A stretch of DNA of 124,000 nucleotides from Wallemia ichthyophaga EXF-994 (lineage: Eukaryota; Fungi; Basidiomycota): NCBI RefSeq assembly GCF_000400465.1, contig NW_008806283.1, positions 20,001-144,000 on the forward strand. The letters are read 5' to 3'. Below the pieces are notes generated by a model. It searched no databases, was not told where the DNA came from, and saw only the letters and a program-made list of their open reading frames with translations. The position numbers and the translations under genes are program-made. Below, in pieces: positions 12,991-25,549 of this stretch (within the stretch, counting starts at the first letter, position 1; each line of letters opens with the position of its first letter).

Positions 12991-14798
12991 TTTAGGTGTT
13001 ATTAATTACTACACTTTGCACAGAATAATTTAATATTATCATTATAACGGTAAAACAGTAAAAACTCGAACACTCGAACACTTTCGCTCATCATCACTTC
13101 CTGAACAATATTTTCGATCAATTTTACTCCCTCGCACCTTTCTCACGACTTTACTCACTAACTCACGCTTAAAACGAACACTTGATTATTTATATCATGC
13201 ATAGCATTATTCCTTTCTCAGCCACCTCGGTGTTTTTAAGAGTCTAACTAGCCTAATTAGTCTAATAATACTAACCAGTTTAGCTTTAGTTATTTCAGCT
13301 TTATCGTGCAAGTTCAACCCTGCTAACCACTGATGATCTAGAGTTTCACATGTTTCACCAGTACTCCCTTCAGTCTATCCTGCTCATTGAATTCTAAGCA
13401 ATCGAAACCCAATGTAGTAAACGACTAACAGATGGAAGGTTTTATCTCTCAAAAGACCCAAGCTCGTTGTTTATAGTTTGCAATCGCCCACCAACATACA
13501 ATGCCAATCCTTCCATAATCGTCCACGGGATGTAATGGCTTACAATTATGAAGGTTTCCGTATCTGTATTCGTTTTAATTCGTTATAATCCCATTGGAAA
13601 AACTCATAAAGGCGCATCGACGTTTGTTTCACAGTGCCGGAAACGCTTCAACTTATCGTAAAGGTGATGCCTTAGTCTGGTATGAAAGGATGCCAAAACA
13701 GCGCTGCCGCTATAGTTGGATCAATATTAGGGGCACCTCATAGATCAATTTATGCCTTTCGATAAAAATCAACCTGAGACCTATGGAAGGTAAGCCTTCT
13801 GAATAAGAGCTTTTTACATAATGATGGATTTTGAGAGAAACACAACTAAGAAACGAGGAATAAAAAACTGATATTACAGTGCTTGTATATAAGACTCAAA
13901 CAGTATCTTTATCTTCCTTTTTGCTTAGGAAAATTTGCGCAAATTACATAAAACACTAAGCTACAAAAGACAAGCTACACATGACCTCATTAAAACTTCG
14001 TCTTTTTTATCTCTCTTCGTCATCAAGATGCTTGCTGTTGATGGCGGCTTGTAATTTGCTGTTGGGATGCTCAACAAATCGGATGGGGTGTTTGTGGTGA
14101 GTAATAAAAAGTCCTTGGACCTGTTCGGCATCTCCAGCGCACAATTATGGAGGTAAAAACCAGCTCAAAAAGCCATTCGAGCCAGTAGTGAAAATTTTCA
14201 GACTACTCACTCCTCCTTTCAGTCGAAATATTTCTCTCGTCTTACTTCGAGATATCCGAAATGAAGCGTACGGGACCCAATCCCAAATCATTCAGCTATT
14301 TGCACTGATAGTGTGCAACACTCCGCCCGTATATGATGACGTTCGCCCATTACAAGGTGGTTATAATATAACCGCTGATAACAGCAGCGACAGAACGAAA
14401 TTATACACATTTATTACGCAGATGGACAAGTTTATGATCTTCAAGTACGTAAATGACCAGCCTAGCTTTGCAATGGTACGAAGAGCTGCCCGAGTCGGTC
14501 AGAACGCAAGATTACTTCTGGGTGAAGATGAGAGGTAAAATGATGAATCGCTTCACGTTGTTTGACATTGGTACCAGACCTTCTGCTTGGAAGAAACGTC
14601 TACTTAACAGGAAATTTAACGTTGATGGCTCGTTGCTTGACACAGTATCAGAAACAAGGGATGAGCACTATACATTCGTTCCCAGGCATAGGCAAACAGA
14701 GTTTGCAAGTTGTTTCATCCAATACTGTAGCTTGTCTTAAGTTTTTTTTTTTTTCTCTGTTGATGTTCTTATTAAAGTGTATGAATACATGGTAAATC

Positions 14799-16270
14799 CT
14801 ATAAACGCTGAATATTGACCCCAAACAACATCCCTGCTCTCCTCAAAAGTGAAATTATGACGTAAGCAACAACAAGCTGCAGGGTGTAGAGCACCTTCCT
14901 CACCCAACTTTCATTCTCCTCTTCATTGTAATGCTTGATGTCGAGAGCGTATGTGATCTCCAAATCGTCAGTGTCACGCGAGTCAGTGACAGTCCACTCG
15001 CGCATAAATTCATCCTCCAGCTCACTCAGCTCCTCTATAAGGTTTGAGTTTTTCTCTATAGCTGCAATCACAGGCTCAGCGAGATCTGGTGAGCCCAAGA
15101 GTACGCTAGAGTGAATACGCTCTGTACCGCCTTCGATTAGCTTTGGCTTGCGCTTCACTGGCATTAAGGTTGTTAATTTGGATGTGTAGGGGTTGTGTGG
15201 TGGCTGGATTGCGTATCTGAATACAGGCATCGCGAGCTGTTCCATCAACACCTCTTTATTGAGAGAAATTAGTGGGTTTATTTGACTCTATGAAGGTGTT
15301 AGTTTCTGTTTATGCTATATACCCGTACTATGCTCACAGCGATCCACATTCTGCTTATATCAGATAATTCTTTCATCGAGTATGATCCGCCAATATCACC
15401 ACTACTGCCTGTGAACCATACTTGCTTGCATTTCTGACCCATATCTTCACTCCCCCTCAACAACTCCAGCCGGAGTTCGCGCTGATTGGCGCGGTTTTCG
15501 TTGAGAGCCATAGCGTGATAGCAGTGTTGGATGCGTTGGCCGAGGAGCGCATCCGGAAGACCGAAGTAGCTTTCTGGCCGGGTTATAATGGAATTGAATT
15601 TGGAAGTGATGCTGTTTGTTCATGAGATATGAACTCGAACATTGAGTTCAACCCACCCTGGCAGACTCGGGGAGGGTTTCACAGTGCAATCAAACAGTGC
15701 TAAGCATCTGATTACCGTTGAGTTAGACTGGAGTAAGACGAAATCCTCAACGACCCACTTTATGATAAATTGTTGCTCCAGGTGGCGTGTATTGGATGGT
15801 GATGATAGCAGCCATGGCTTGAGCACCTCCTCAGCCTCTGAGGCCACCTTCCCACCCCTCTTGCGCTCAAAGAAGGCCTTTAAAATTGGGAAAAAGCGTC
15901 TGAGCTGGTCTCGCGGAAGAATGCCAATTTCGTTGATAACAGCGGCGAGAATGCGAGCAACATATGCACCTTTGCTATATCCTAAAAGAAAGATCTCATC
16001 TTTGCCGTCTTCACTGTAATTCATGCAGAGAAATGCATAGAGCTCGAATAAGCAATTTGAGAAGGATTGATAAGCTACTCCGAGGAGCTGTGAGAGGAGA
16101 GAGGAGCTGAAGTGAGCCGTTCTATATTGGGCATATTGCATTACTGATGGCTGAGTGCGTTTATCGATTGTCTCAATTGATCGGAGAAGGTGGACAATGT
16201 TGGAATGATTGGGTGTGCTGGTGGAGTCATCCCAGGACCCATCTATACATACAATAAGCCTGTGCATTTG
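14799..16270 (-). CDS. DUF2235 (Tle1-like alpha/beta hydrolase) protein, multi-exon
   Basis: LIVCIDGSWD..SNIV, EIFLLGYSKGAYVAR, HCYHAMALNENR, QVWFTGSSGDIGG motifs spread over ORFs 15620-16306 and 15299-15511; ORF 14799-15251 is the probable C-terminal exon. Confidence 0.75.
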
Positions 16271-16871
16271 GTGGCAGTGGGTTATAAGGGAGTGTATGAT
16301 ATTCATACGCGTTTGAGAGGATTGCGCCGGATTTAGAAAGTTAATTTCATAATTTAGAAGAGATTTACTGTATAATTTAAATGCAGCTCACAATAACAGG
16401 TGTTGCTTAGAATTTATCCCACTCGGCAGTCAATACTCAAGGTAGTGATGACAGTGAAAATATTCAGAATACCCTAAACGACTTCTCTAATCTCCAAAAT
16501 CTTGTTCATTTGGTGTAAAAGTGTGACAACAGTAGCCACGTTAGAATGTCTTGGACCGCTCCAGGACACTCTCTCATATCTTACTTTTGAGATCAAAACG
16601 AGCTGTACCTCTGGTATGCTGTATGGCTTGCATTCCATTCTAATTGGAAGAGTATTCGAAGTAGTCAAAGAACTTTATAGCGTGTTTAATGTAATATAAG
16701 TTTTCAGTTTTTACGAGTAATCAAAATTTCACCAAGAGTTAGTGAGGAATGGTTGTTATTTATGAGGGTGATTCACTGTGTTGCTTTAGGGGGTAAGATC
16801 CATTCAACAGAGAATCAAAAAGCTAGTCAACCAATTTGATCATATGCTCACACACTCTAATCAGCACGCTC

Positions 16872-18012
16872 ATGTTTTACCCAAACAAAGAAATCGCGAT
16901 CGACGGAGAGAATTTTAAGGACAAGGCAGTCGTAGTGATTGGAGTTAATGCAGGTGTGTCTATGCGTTCAAGCTTAGAAGTAGTCCATTCAACGAGCACA
17001 CGAGCACAGGCTTAGGATTCGCCAATGCAAATACCTAGTCCAAAGAGGCGTAAAGAGGTTAGTGATTGGATTTCGCTCACTCGATAAGGCACATAAAGCG
17101 CGTGACGGGGCTGCTTGAGCTGAATAAGCAGACACACCCCTCATCATCGGTTCAAGTATGGCAAATCGACCTGGCTTCTCTCGATTTAGTAAAAGCGTTC
17201 TGCGATAAATGGCTGGGTCAAGTGGAAGAGCAGAAAGCAATCGATTTAATTTTCGCTAATGCGGGTCTGGCAGCGTTCAGCGCCAACCAATCAACCTGAG
17301 AAGATAGCCTCGGAATGACCTATCAGGTGGCGTTTAAGCTTCTATGCTCTTTTTGACACGTCTCCGGTCAGTATGATGGACTAAGCCACTTCGTTATCAT
17401 ACTCTCCCTCCTCCCCGCTCTCAGCTTGGCAAGTGACCCGCGAGTGGTGATGACTGGAGCGGCGGGGAGCAAGTTGGCCACCATTCCAGATCCACCGTGT
17501 AATAATCCATGCACTCCCCTGAAAGATACATACGCGATTGGATCAACCATCTGGAATGCAGTTCGGTTATATGCTGATACAAAACTGGGTGGGTGTTGAG
17601 AGGTTGATTATAGCTTCTCTAAAGCAACCCAAGTAATTGCAATGATTATTACGTATACAGGAAAGACTCAGAGTGCATCACAATGCTGCGTACAGGAAGA
17701 TTTTTATCGCAGTTTATAATCCAGGCTTGGTGGTGGGTAAGAGATTTCTCCAAGATGTCTTGAATGCTTACAAATGCGTTGTACAAGACAATCATCATCG
17801 ACAAAAGTCAAGACAGCGCTGCGTGGCTTTTCACAGCACCAATCAACTTTATCTTCAACACGTTGGCGATAGACACAGAGAGAGGCATGAGACCGGGACT
17901 GTATCTGGCGAGTACGCCCGCAGAAGCGCTCCCACTTGGCTGCTACTGGAATGAGAATGGCGAGGTGGAGTATGTCAATAACCAGCATGAGGACGAGGAG
18001 TCAAGGAGGTGA
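16872..18012 (+). pseudogene. Disrupted short-chain dehydrogenase/reductase
   Basis: VVVIGVNAG|LGFA, QIDLASL, LIFANAG motifs; -1 frameshift with TAG near 17030-17038, +1 frameshift at GGGG ~17107-17110, in-frame TGA at 17297-17299; paralog of the intact SDR at 96848-97831. Confidence 0.8.
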
Positions 18013-18369
18013 GTGAGGAGATTTAGGTGGTGAATGGGAGCTCATCCTGTACAAAGGAGGTGTTATGAGAGGCTGATGCTTGATGGGAAGCTGGAACAAG
18101 ATGTTTTAGCTTTAGAAGAGGATAAGACAACGAGATGATGAATGATGAGATAATGAGATGATGAAACATGCATATATGTAAAACTGAACGTGACATTATG
18201 AGTATTTGACGGATAAGAGCCTGCATTCAGAATGAATTCAGCATGTGAAAAAAGCACGTGAAAAAGCACCTGAAAAACACCTGAAAAACACATGATGATG
18301 ACTAAATCAAGTGGGTAAATGTAAAGCCTCAACATACATAAGCGCTTGTATGTGCTATAGTCGATGAGC

Positions 18370-20560
18370 ATGCACATACTCAACAACATACTCATACTCA
18401 TACTCGCCACGACAGCGTCGGCGTGGACGACGAAATACAAGGAATACATCCACAGTCCATCGTCGCGCACAGTAACGCCGCAGAGCGTATATGGGATAGA
18501 GTGAGATATGCGAGCGAGCAAGCGAATAGACTGACAAAGCCATCACAGAGGCAATGTCACCAACCCACTCGGAATTCTCGGGGGTGAGGGCGCCGCAACA
18601 CTTTCAGGGGTGAATAGTACGATAGTAGTAGATTTCGGCTATATCACAGCCGGGCTGCTATCGTTCAACTATACAGCCGATTCGGCGAATCAGACGGTCG
18701 GCGTAGCATTTTCCGAGTCAAGCTACTACGCGACGCAGTCGAGCGACATGTCGATAGGGCTGAATGGGGAGGTAGATGGGTCGTTGCGAGTGGAGCTCAA
18801 TGGGACCAACGGCACGCAAGAGCAGTGGACAGCGGACGATCTGCATCTTCGAGGAGCGTACCGGTATGCGACGCTATTCATGGCCACGCCAGGTACAGTA
18901 GAGGTGAGCGGCCTATCGAACCAATTCACAGCTGCGCCGCAAGTCGATGAGGACAAGCTGCGCGAGTACTCCGGGTATTTCTACAGCGACGACGCGCTCC
19001 TCAACCGCATATGGTATGCCGCCGCATACACGAACCAGCTGTCGACAATCGGCGCGGGGACATCGCGCAACACCACCACCACGCCAACATCCAACTGGAA
19101 CAACAGCGAGCTGATAACTCCACTTTCCCCCTCCGATAGCGTGCTCGTCGACGGCGCTAAACGCGACCGCACTGAGTGGCCAGGCGACTTTGCTACGGCC
19201 ATACCACCCACGTTCCTCGCGAACAACAGGGATGGATTGGGGATGGAAGCGCTGCGCAACTCACTCCGCGCGCTTTATTCGCAGGTCAGCGCCGAGGGCA
19301 TGCTCCCGTACGCAGGGCCACCGCTGCTGAAGGGGCCGCAGTCGTACACGTACCACCTGTGGACGCTGAGTGCGACATACGCGTACTGGAAGCACAGCGG
19401 GGACGATGATTTCGTGAAGGGATTATGGGACGTGTTTGGTCGCGGCGTGGACCTCGCGCTGGAGGATGTGGAGCGGGGCGCAAACAAAACGGGGTTGCTG
19501 GATGTACCCGAAAGCGCTTCGTCGTCGTGGGGACGCAGTCCGACCGCGGGACACGACCTCACTGCGAATGCCAATCTGTACCATGCGCTGGAGTGCGCGG
19601 GGAAGCTGGCGCGCGCTCAACAGGACGGACGAGGCAATGCAGTGGGAAGAGCACATGGAGCCGCTCAGCAACGCTATCAACACCCATCTGTGGGACGAGG
19701 AGACGGGGCTGTATATGGACAACGACACGGAGGCTGGTCACTCGCTCTATCCTCAGGACGGCAATGCTGTAGCTGTGCTGTATGGCGTCGCTGATGCAGA
19801 CAGAGCACAGACAGTGAGCTCGGCATTGAAACAGCGCTGGAATGACCACGGTGCCGTCTCCCCAGAAGGCCTAAGCGCCATCTCGCCCTTCGTGTCGGGA
19901 TTGGAGGTGTCCGCACACGTGCAGGCTGGTGAGTGGCTTGTGTGCTCATTTGCAGTGCTAACACCACAACCACCCGCAGGAAACATAACCAACGCACTCG
20001 AATTGATTAGGCTGGAATGGGGATATATGCTCAGCGCCTTCTCCAACTCGACGCTGATTGAAGGTTTCTACCACGACGGGACACTGCATTACCCGTTCTA
20101 CGGCTCGCTCGACAGCTACATCTCACACGCGCACGCATGGTCGACTACACCACTAGCCACGCTCACGCAGGAGGTGGCTGGGCTGAGAATAGGCGATAAT
20201 CTCACGCGGTGGGAGTACGCGCCGCAGAACACTGACCTCGAGTTTGTAGAGACAGGCTTCGCGGTGCAAGGGGGAGAGATCAGGGCTAGAATGAGAGGCG
20301 GTGGTGGAGTGGTAGCGTATGAGCTGCAGGCGCCTCAAGGGACCAGCGGGTCGATTAGGGTGCCTGTTGCGGACAATGGCACTGTCTCAGTCGACGGAAA
20401 GAGAGCGAATGGTGAACGCGGCAACGGGAAAATGCTGCTGGAGGATATTCAAGGGGACGGACAGGTGATGGAGATTGTGGTGGCTGACATGGGCAATTTT
20501 GCAGCCAATTGGTCTAAGCAGACGGATCCAACGCGGGAGGAGAGTGATGCGTTTGCGTGA
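18370..20560 (+). CDS. Secreted GH78 alpha-L-rhamnosidase with an internal frameshift (possible pseudogene)
   Basis: Signal peptide MHILNNILILILATTASA, LNRIWYAAAYT, LVDGAKRDRTEWPGD, SHAHAWSTTP; frame changes at the CG-repeat ~19605-19620. Confidence 0.8.
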
Positions 20561-20923
20561 AGGCTGATAGTGTAAATGATGAATATAAATGATGAAGAAT
20601 ATAAATGGAATATAAATGATGAATATAAATGGATAAATGGATAAATGGATAAATGGATAAATACATGAAATAGTCCACGCGAGTCAAATTGTATGGCCAC
20701 AGGCTAGCACAGGCAGGAGGAGGAGGAGGAGAGAAATAAAAAGAGTAAAGGTCTAGAGCCCACCTGCTACGCCTAGAAATACAAATTAAGAAAAAAGTTG
20801 GAATTGAAAATATGACGCCTTGTTCAAAAAAACTTTGCCCGATTCACAATTCTTGCTCAGCGACCGTCAAGAAGGTGAGTAGGAATGGTGAATAATTGCG
20901 CATAAATTAAGAAAACCCGTAGA

Positions 20924-21514
20924 ATGCCTGGTGTCAGCCATCAACACAAGTATTCAGAGTATCTCGTCGTTGGACGCAGACTTCCGACCGAAGTCGATCC
21001 AACGCCAAAGCTCTACAGAATGAGAATATTTGCACCAAATGAGGTCGTTGCAAAGTCACGTTTCTGGTACTTTGTTGGACAGTACAGAAAGATGAAGAAG
21101 GGTACTGGTGAGATTGTTTCTCTCAACGTGATCAGCGAGAAGAAGCCACTCAAGCCAAAGAACTTTGGTATCTGGTTGAGATACGATTCACGTTCTGGTA
21201 TCCACAACATGTACAAGGAGTTCCGCGAATTGTCACGTGTTGACGCTGTTCAAGCTCTTTACCAGGACATGGCTGCCAGACACAGAGCTCGTTTCCGTTC
21301 TGTACAAATTCTCCGTGTTGCTGAGATCGAGAAGACTGAGGACATTCGTAGACCGTGAGTTTGGTGTTTGACACTTTAAAACTGAGTACTTAACAACTTT
21401 TACAGATACATCCGTCAACTCCTCACTAAGAACCTCAAGTTCCCACTCCCTCACAACAGAAACAAGAACTACAGATCTTCATTCCAAGCTAAGCGTCCTT
21501 CCACCTTCGCTTAA
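20924..21514 (+). CDS. RPL20: 60S ribosomal protein L20 (eL20/L18a)
   Basis: [37 protein letters not shown]; 5'UTR intron and one coding intron near the 3' end. Confidence 0.96.
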
Positions 21515-21815
21515 GCCATGTGTTTGCGCTGTTGCGGTCAAGGGCAAGTCTTTTGTGAACTGGTTAATATTACTTTGAATCGAATTAGTTTGCAGGGGTT
21601 ATGTTAGTGTGAAGGGTGTGCATTAGAGGTTTAAAGATTTGTGTAACGTGCATTTATGTACTGTTCTGAGACAAGTATGAAAAACTTGAATTTCAAATAT
21701 TATAGCACATTCAATATAAACTCAATCATCACAAAACATGTCTGTAACATATGTATATGGATGTAACAAAAGATAGCAAGCCATAGACAGTCTGCAGAAG
21801 TACACAAGCACCCCG

Positions 21816-22425
21816 TTAAACCTTGAAAGCACGAGACTTACGACGACCACGGGCGATTTCTTCCTTCTTACCCTTGGAGATGGTGTATGGCTTCTTGTGC
21901 TTGTGAGGACCGAAGCCGAAGTGGCGGTTAGCCTCTCTAGCCGTCTTCTTACCACGGAGGAGGATAACGTTTGAGCCAGTTGGAGCTCTAAGGGCGAGTT
22001 GGTCGAGAGTGAGGCATTCACCACCAGCAGCTTCAATACGAGCGCGCGCAGTCTTAGTGAATCTGAGAGCTGCGATTGAGAGCTTAGGAATTTCAAGCAT
22101 ACGGTTGTCATCGGTGACAGGGCCAACGTTGACAATGGTAGCACCTTGCTTGGCTTGTGGGTAGTTCTTGCTCAAGTAAGCCAACTTTGAGATTGAAAGT
22201 GGTGGCTTGTTGACCTTGGACATGAAGAGACGACGGAGAACAACCTTGTTGAACTGGCTGTCTGTGCGGCGTGCAAGGAAGCGGAAGAGACGGACAAGCA
22301 AGAGGAGGTATGGATCCTCGCTCTTTGGCGCTGAACGCTTGCCCGACTTGACGTGGTGACGGCGGATATCAACACCCACTGGATTTTGTTAATCAGAGTG
22401 CTTTACTCTTAATATTCCACTCACT
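21816..22425 (-). CDS. RPL18: 60S ribosomal protein L18 (eL18)
   Basis: [41 protein letters not shown]-type tail; start codon split A|TG by intron 22379-22424. Confidence 0.96.
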
Positions 22426-22637
22426 CTTCCTATTTTATGCTTGACAAGGCGAAGAGAGAAGTATGTCAGATTTGCGAGTAGGATGCGAGTTGAAAAAATT
22501 AATATTTATCCTAGGATTTTTAGTAGTGAGGGGGCTTCAAAAAAACAAGGGAATTAAGAATAATTGGCTTGATTTGTTTGTGCCCTGGTTTAGCCATTTG
22601 AACCACCTATCCACCTCACAGCGACTACCATCACCGC

Positions 22638-23868
22638 ATGTCTAAACGCGGCTCAGATACACAGGCACTCACGGCTAAGCGTGTCAGGAGCGATGAAATG
22701 GAGCAGCAACTGGGTTTAGACGAGTCACACACCCACCAAGTTGCTCTCTCCAAGAAGCACGACGACGACAACGCGCTGATTAGAAGCGTACACCGCACAT
22801 CCAAGCTATCGGCGCCTATTATAAAGCTCGATGGGTGTCACACCGGTGAAATAACCTCGGTTAAATTCGACATGACTGGAAACACAATAGTCGCAGCTTC
22901 TGCAGACAAGTCAGTCAGCCTATGGAGGACATACACGGATAATGCAAACTACGGGTACATTCCACATGCACACAAGGATGCTATTACCTCTCTAGTCCTC
23001 TCACATACTTCACCCTCCGATCCACTCATCCTCACCGCCTCAGCTGATTCCACGATTGGTGTGTGGCAGGCTTCGACGGGAAAGCTGGTGAGGAGGCTGA
23101 GAGGGCACAGCGACGTCGTCAACGTACTCGCCGTATCCAGAAACAACCTCCTTGCTAGTGCTGGTGACGATAACAAAGTGTTTATATGGCAATTAGACGG
23201 CGATGACGGTAACGGTGATAGAACACCACCTAAACACCCCGTTCATACCATTACCTGGAACGCTCCCGTTATTGCGCTTGAATGGTCAGACGATGATTCG
23301 ACGCTGTACATTGGCGGGTTGGATAACCAGATACATGTGAGTGTGAAACGCCTAAAATGAGTGTAACTCACCTGACTCACCTTCTCGAGGCTCACAACCT
23401 CTCCTCCCACTCCACACTCTTCTCACTCACCGGTCACACAGACACAGTCACCTTCCTACGCCACTCACCTTGCTCGCAACACCTGATATCCTGCTCGAAT
23501 GACTCGTCAGTGCGTATCTGGGACGTTAAGCCTTTCACAAGCGACCCTACCAGACAATATAGAGTGCTGCACGGTGCTGTGTCCTCGTTCGAGGGTGTGT
23601 ACTCTCAGCCGGCGTGGAGTGCAGATGGAACACGCGTAGCTGTTGGTAGTGCTGACCGCACTGTCACTGTGTGGAATGTAGAATCTGGCGATATCCTTTA
23701 TAAGGTGGGTGTAATGCTTTGTTGCGCGTGTTGCGTTTGCTAACCCTCTGCTATAGCTACCCGGACACACTGGCACCGTTGGCGCTGTCGATATTCACCC
23801 AACCGACCCTGTCATTGTCTCTGGCGGGAAGGATTGCAGGATGTTTCTGGGCGAGTTGATGAGCTGAT
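22638..23868 (+). CDS. WD40 protein, U5 snRNP 40 kDa-like (multi-exon)
   Basis: RTSKLSAPIIKLDGCHTGEI, multiple WD repeats, VAVGSADRTVTVW, LYKLPGHTGTV C-terminus. Confidence 0.85.
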
Positions 23869-24378
23869 GAATGGTGTCTCATGTGGTATACGTGGTATAC
23901 TGCGTACTGTCAACGTCAATGTGAATGTAAATGTAATTTATTGCGTTATTGCGTTATTGCGTTATTGACTTGTGCTTTCTACTATTTCTTCTTTCTGCTT
24001 ACATCATCACGTGACTCGAGTGGTGATACGAACAACATGCACTCGAGACATCTGTGTGTGTATGTGTTTTCCTTCTTGTGTACCTCTGCATAATTCTGCG
24101 TACTTTTGTGTCCACTCAACGTCACTTCTACGTACCTTTACCTCTGCAACTTTGGTACACCCAACTTCACTCTCTACTTGCACTTATTCACTCATCTCAT
24201 CTTCAACTTGATCATGTATATGTACTACTTGAGTCTTGTTTCTTGGTCAATCAACAGAAACGGATTAAATATTTTACTTGAATTGAAAAAGCTAGAAAGG
24301 GTGGGTTGGGTTAGTTGGAGATTAACGACTTGTAACAAATTTTCGTTTCTTGCATTTATTCATTTTTCACACTACCAT

Positions 24379-25367
24379 CTAATCGCGCATTGGGGAAGGG
24401 GAGTAGCGACGAGGAGGAGGAGAGCGACTGAAGCGGCGTGGAGGAGGAGAACGTCTGGCATAACCACCGCGTGGAGGAGGGGATCTAGAGCGAGGTCTAC
24501 CGTAACCACCTGCACGTGGTGGTGGTGGCGAGTAGTCGCGGTAGCGTCTTGGTGGGGGAGAGCGTGAATAGCGGCGTCTGGGTGGTGGGCTGCGTCTGGA
24601 GCCTGAACCTCTCCAGTCATCGCGGTCGTAGTAACCACGACGAGGAGGAGGACGAGGAGGAGGACCACCACGGTATCCACCACCACCACCGCGTGGAGGA
24701 GGGCGATCGAAGCGACGGTCGTCGAAGCCTGTCAAGAGGGTAAATTAGTGGGTTACCCAGAATAAAGACCTAACACACGTTTAACACCCATATATTGACC
24801 AGGAGTTGGAGAGTGTGGACGCTTAGTTGCACTAAAGTCAACGCGAATGTTACGACCGTGAATTTCAACGCCATTTAAAGCTTGAATGCACTTGTCTGCG
24901 TCTTCGATTGAGGCCATTTTAATGAAACCAAAGCCACGAGAGCGATCAGAGCGTTGGTCGTATACGATTGTAACCTTGTCCACTCTACCAAATCGATTGA
25001 ATTCATCTTCTAAATCGATTTCACGTGTTCTAATCGATAAACCGAACACACCAAGTGTTTCGTTAGGTTCTGGTGGGTTTTCATTGCGGCGACGTGGTGG
25101 AGGTGGGGAAGGGCGTGGAGGAGGGGATGGAGAGCGTGGTGGAGAGCGTGGAAGATGTGGTGACTGTGGCTGTGGATTTTGAGTACCTGGAGCGCCCTGA
25201 GTGCCTGGATTATCCTCTTGCTTAGACTCCTCCCAGCCATTCTGAGTATCATCACCCTTGAACCCCCAGCCATCATCATCCTCATTGTTCTCCTGCTTTA
25301 AACCCCAACCAGCATCCTCCGCTTGATTTTCTCCCTTGAACTCTTCACGTATTTCAGTGTCAGCCAT
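24379..25367 (-). CDS. Transformer-2-like SR/RRM splicing factor
   Basis: RRM (LGVFGLS, RSRGFGFIKM, RVDFSATKRPHSPTPGQYMG) followed after an intron by an RS/RP-rich tail. Confidence 0.88.
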
Positions 25368-25549
25368 TTAGTAGATGATGGTGGTTAGTGAGTAAGAAGG
25401 GAATACATATTAAATAAAATAAAATTGAAAAATGAATAAAAATATATAATTATATCTGACAGCTGTCTTGAGCTTATTCTTCTTGGAATTGTCTTCATCT
25501 CCTTCATCTCCAACCACCACGACCGACACCACGGCTTTGCCAAATTAAA

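Noticed and set aside
17290-17300. Premature stop as a possible RNA-editing or readthrough site in the SDR
   Set aside because: It is TGA, not an editable TAG-to-TGG context, and co-occurs with two frameshifts; pseudogene is simpler
20570-20670. ATAAATGG/ATAAATGA tandem repeats (similarly TTGCGTTA at ~23940-23967)
   Set aside because: Simple 3'UTR microsatellites with no spacers; not CRISPR-like and not telomeric
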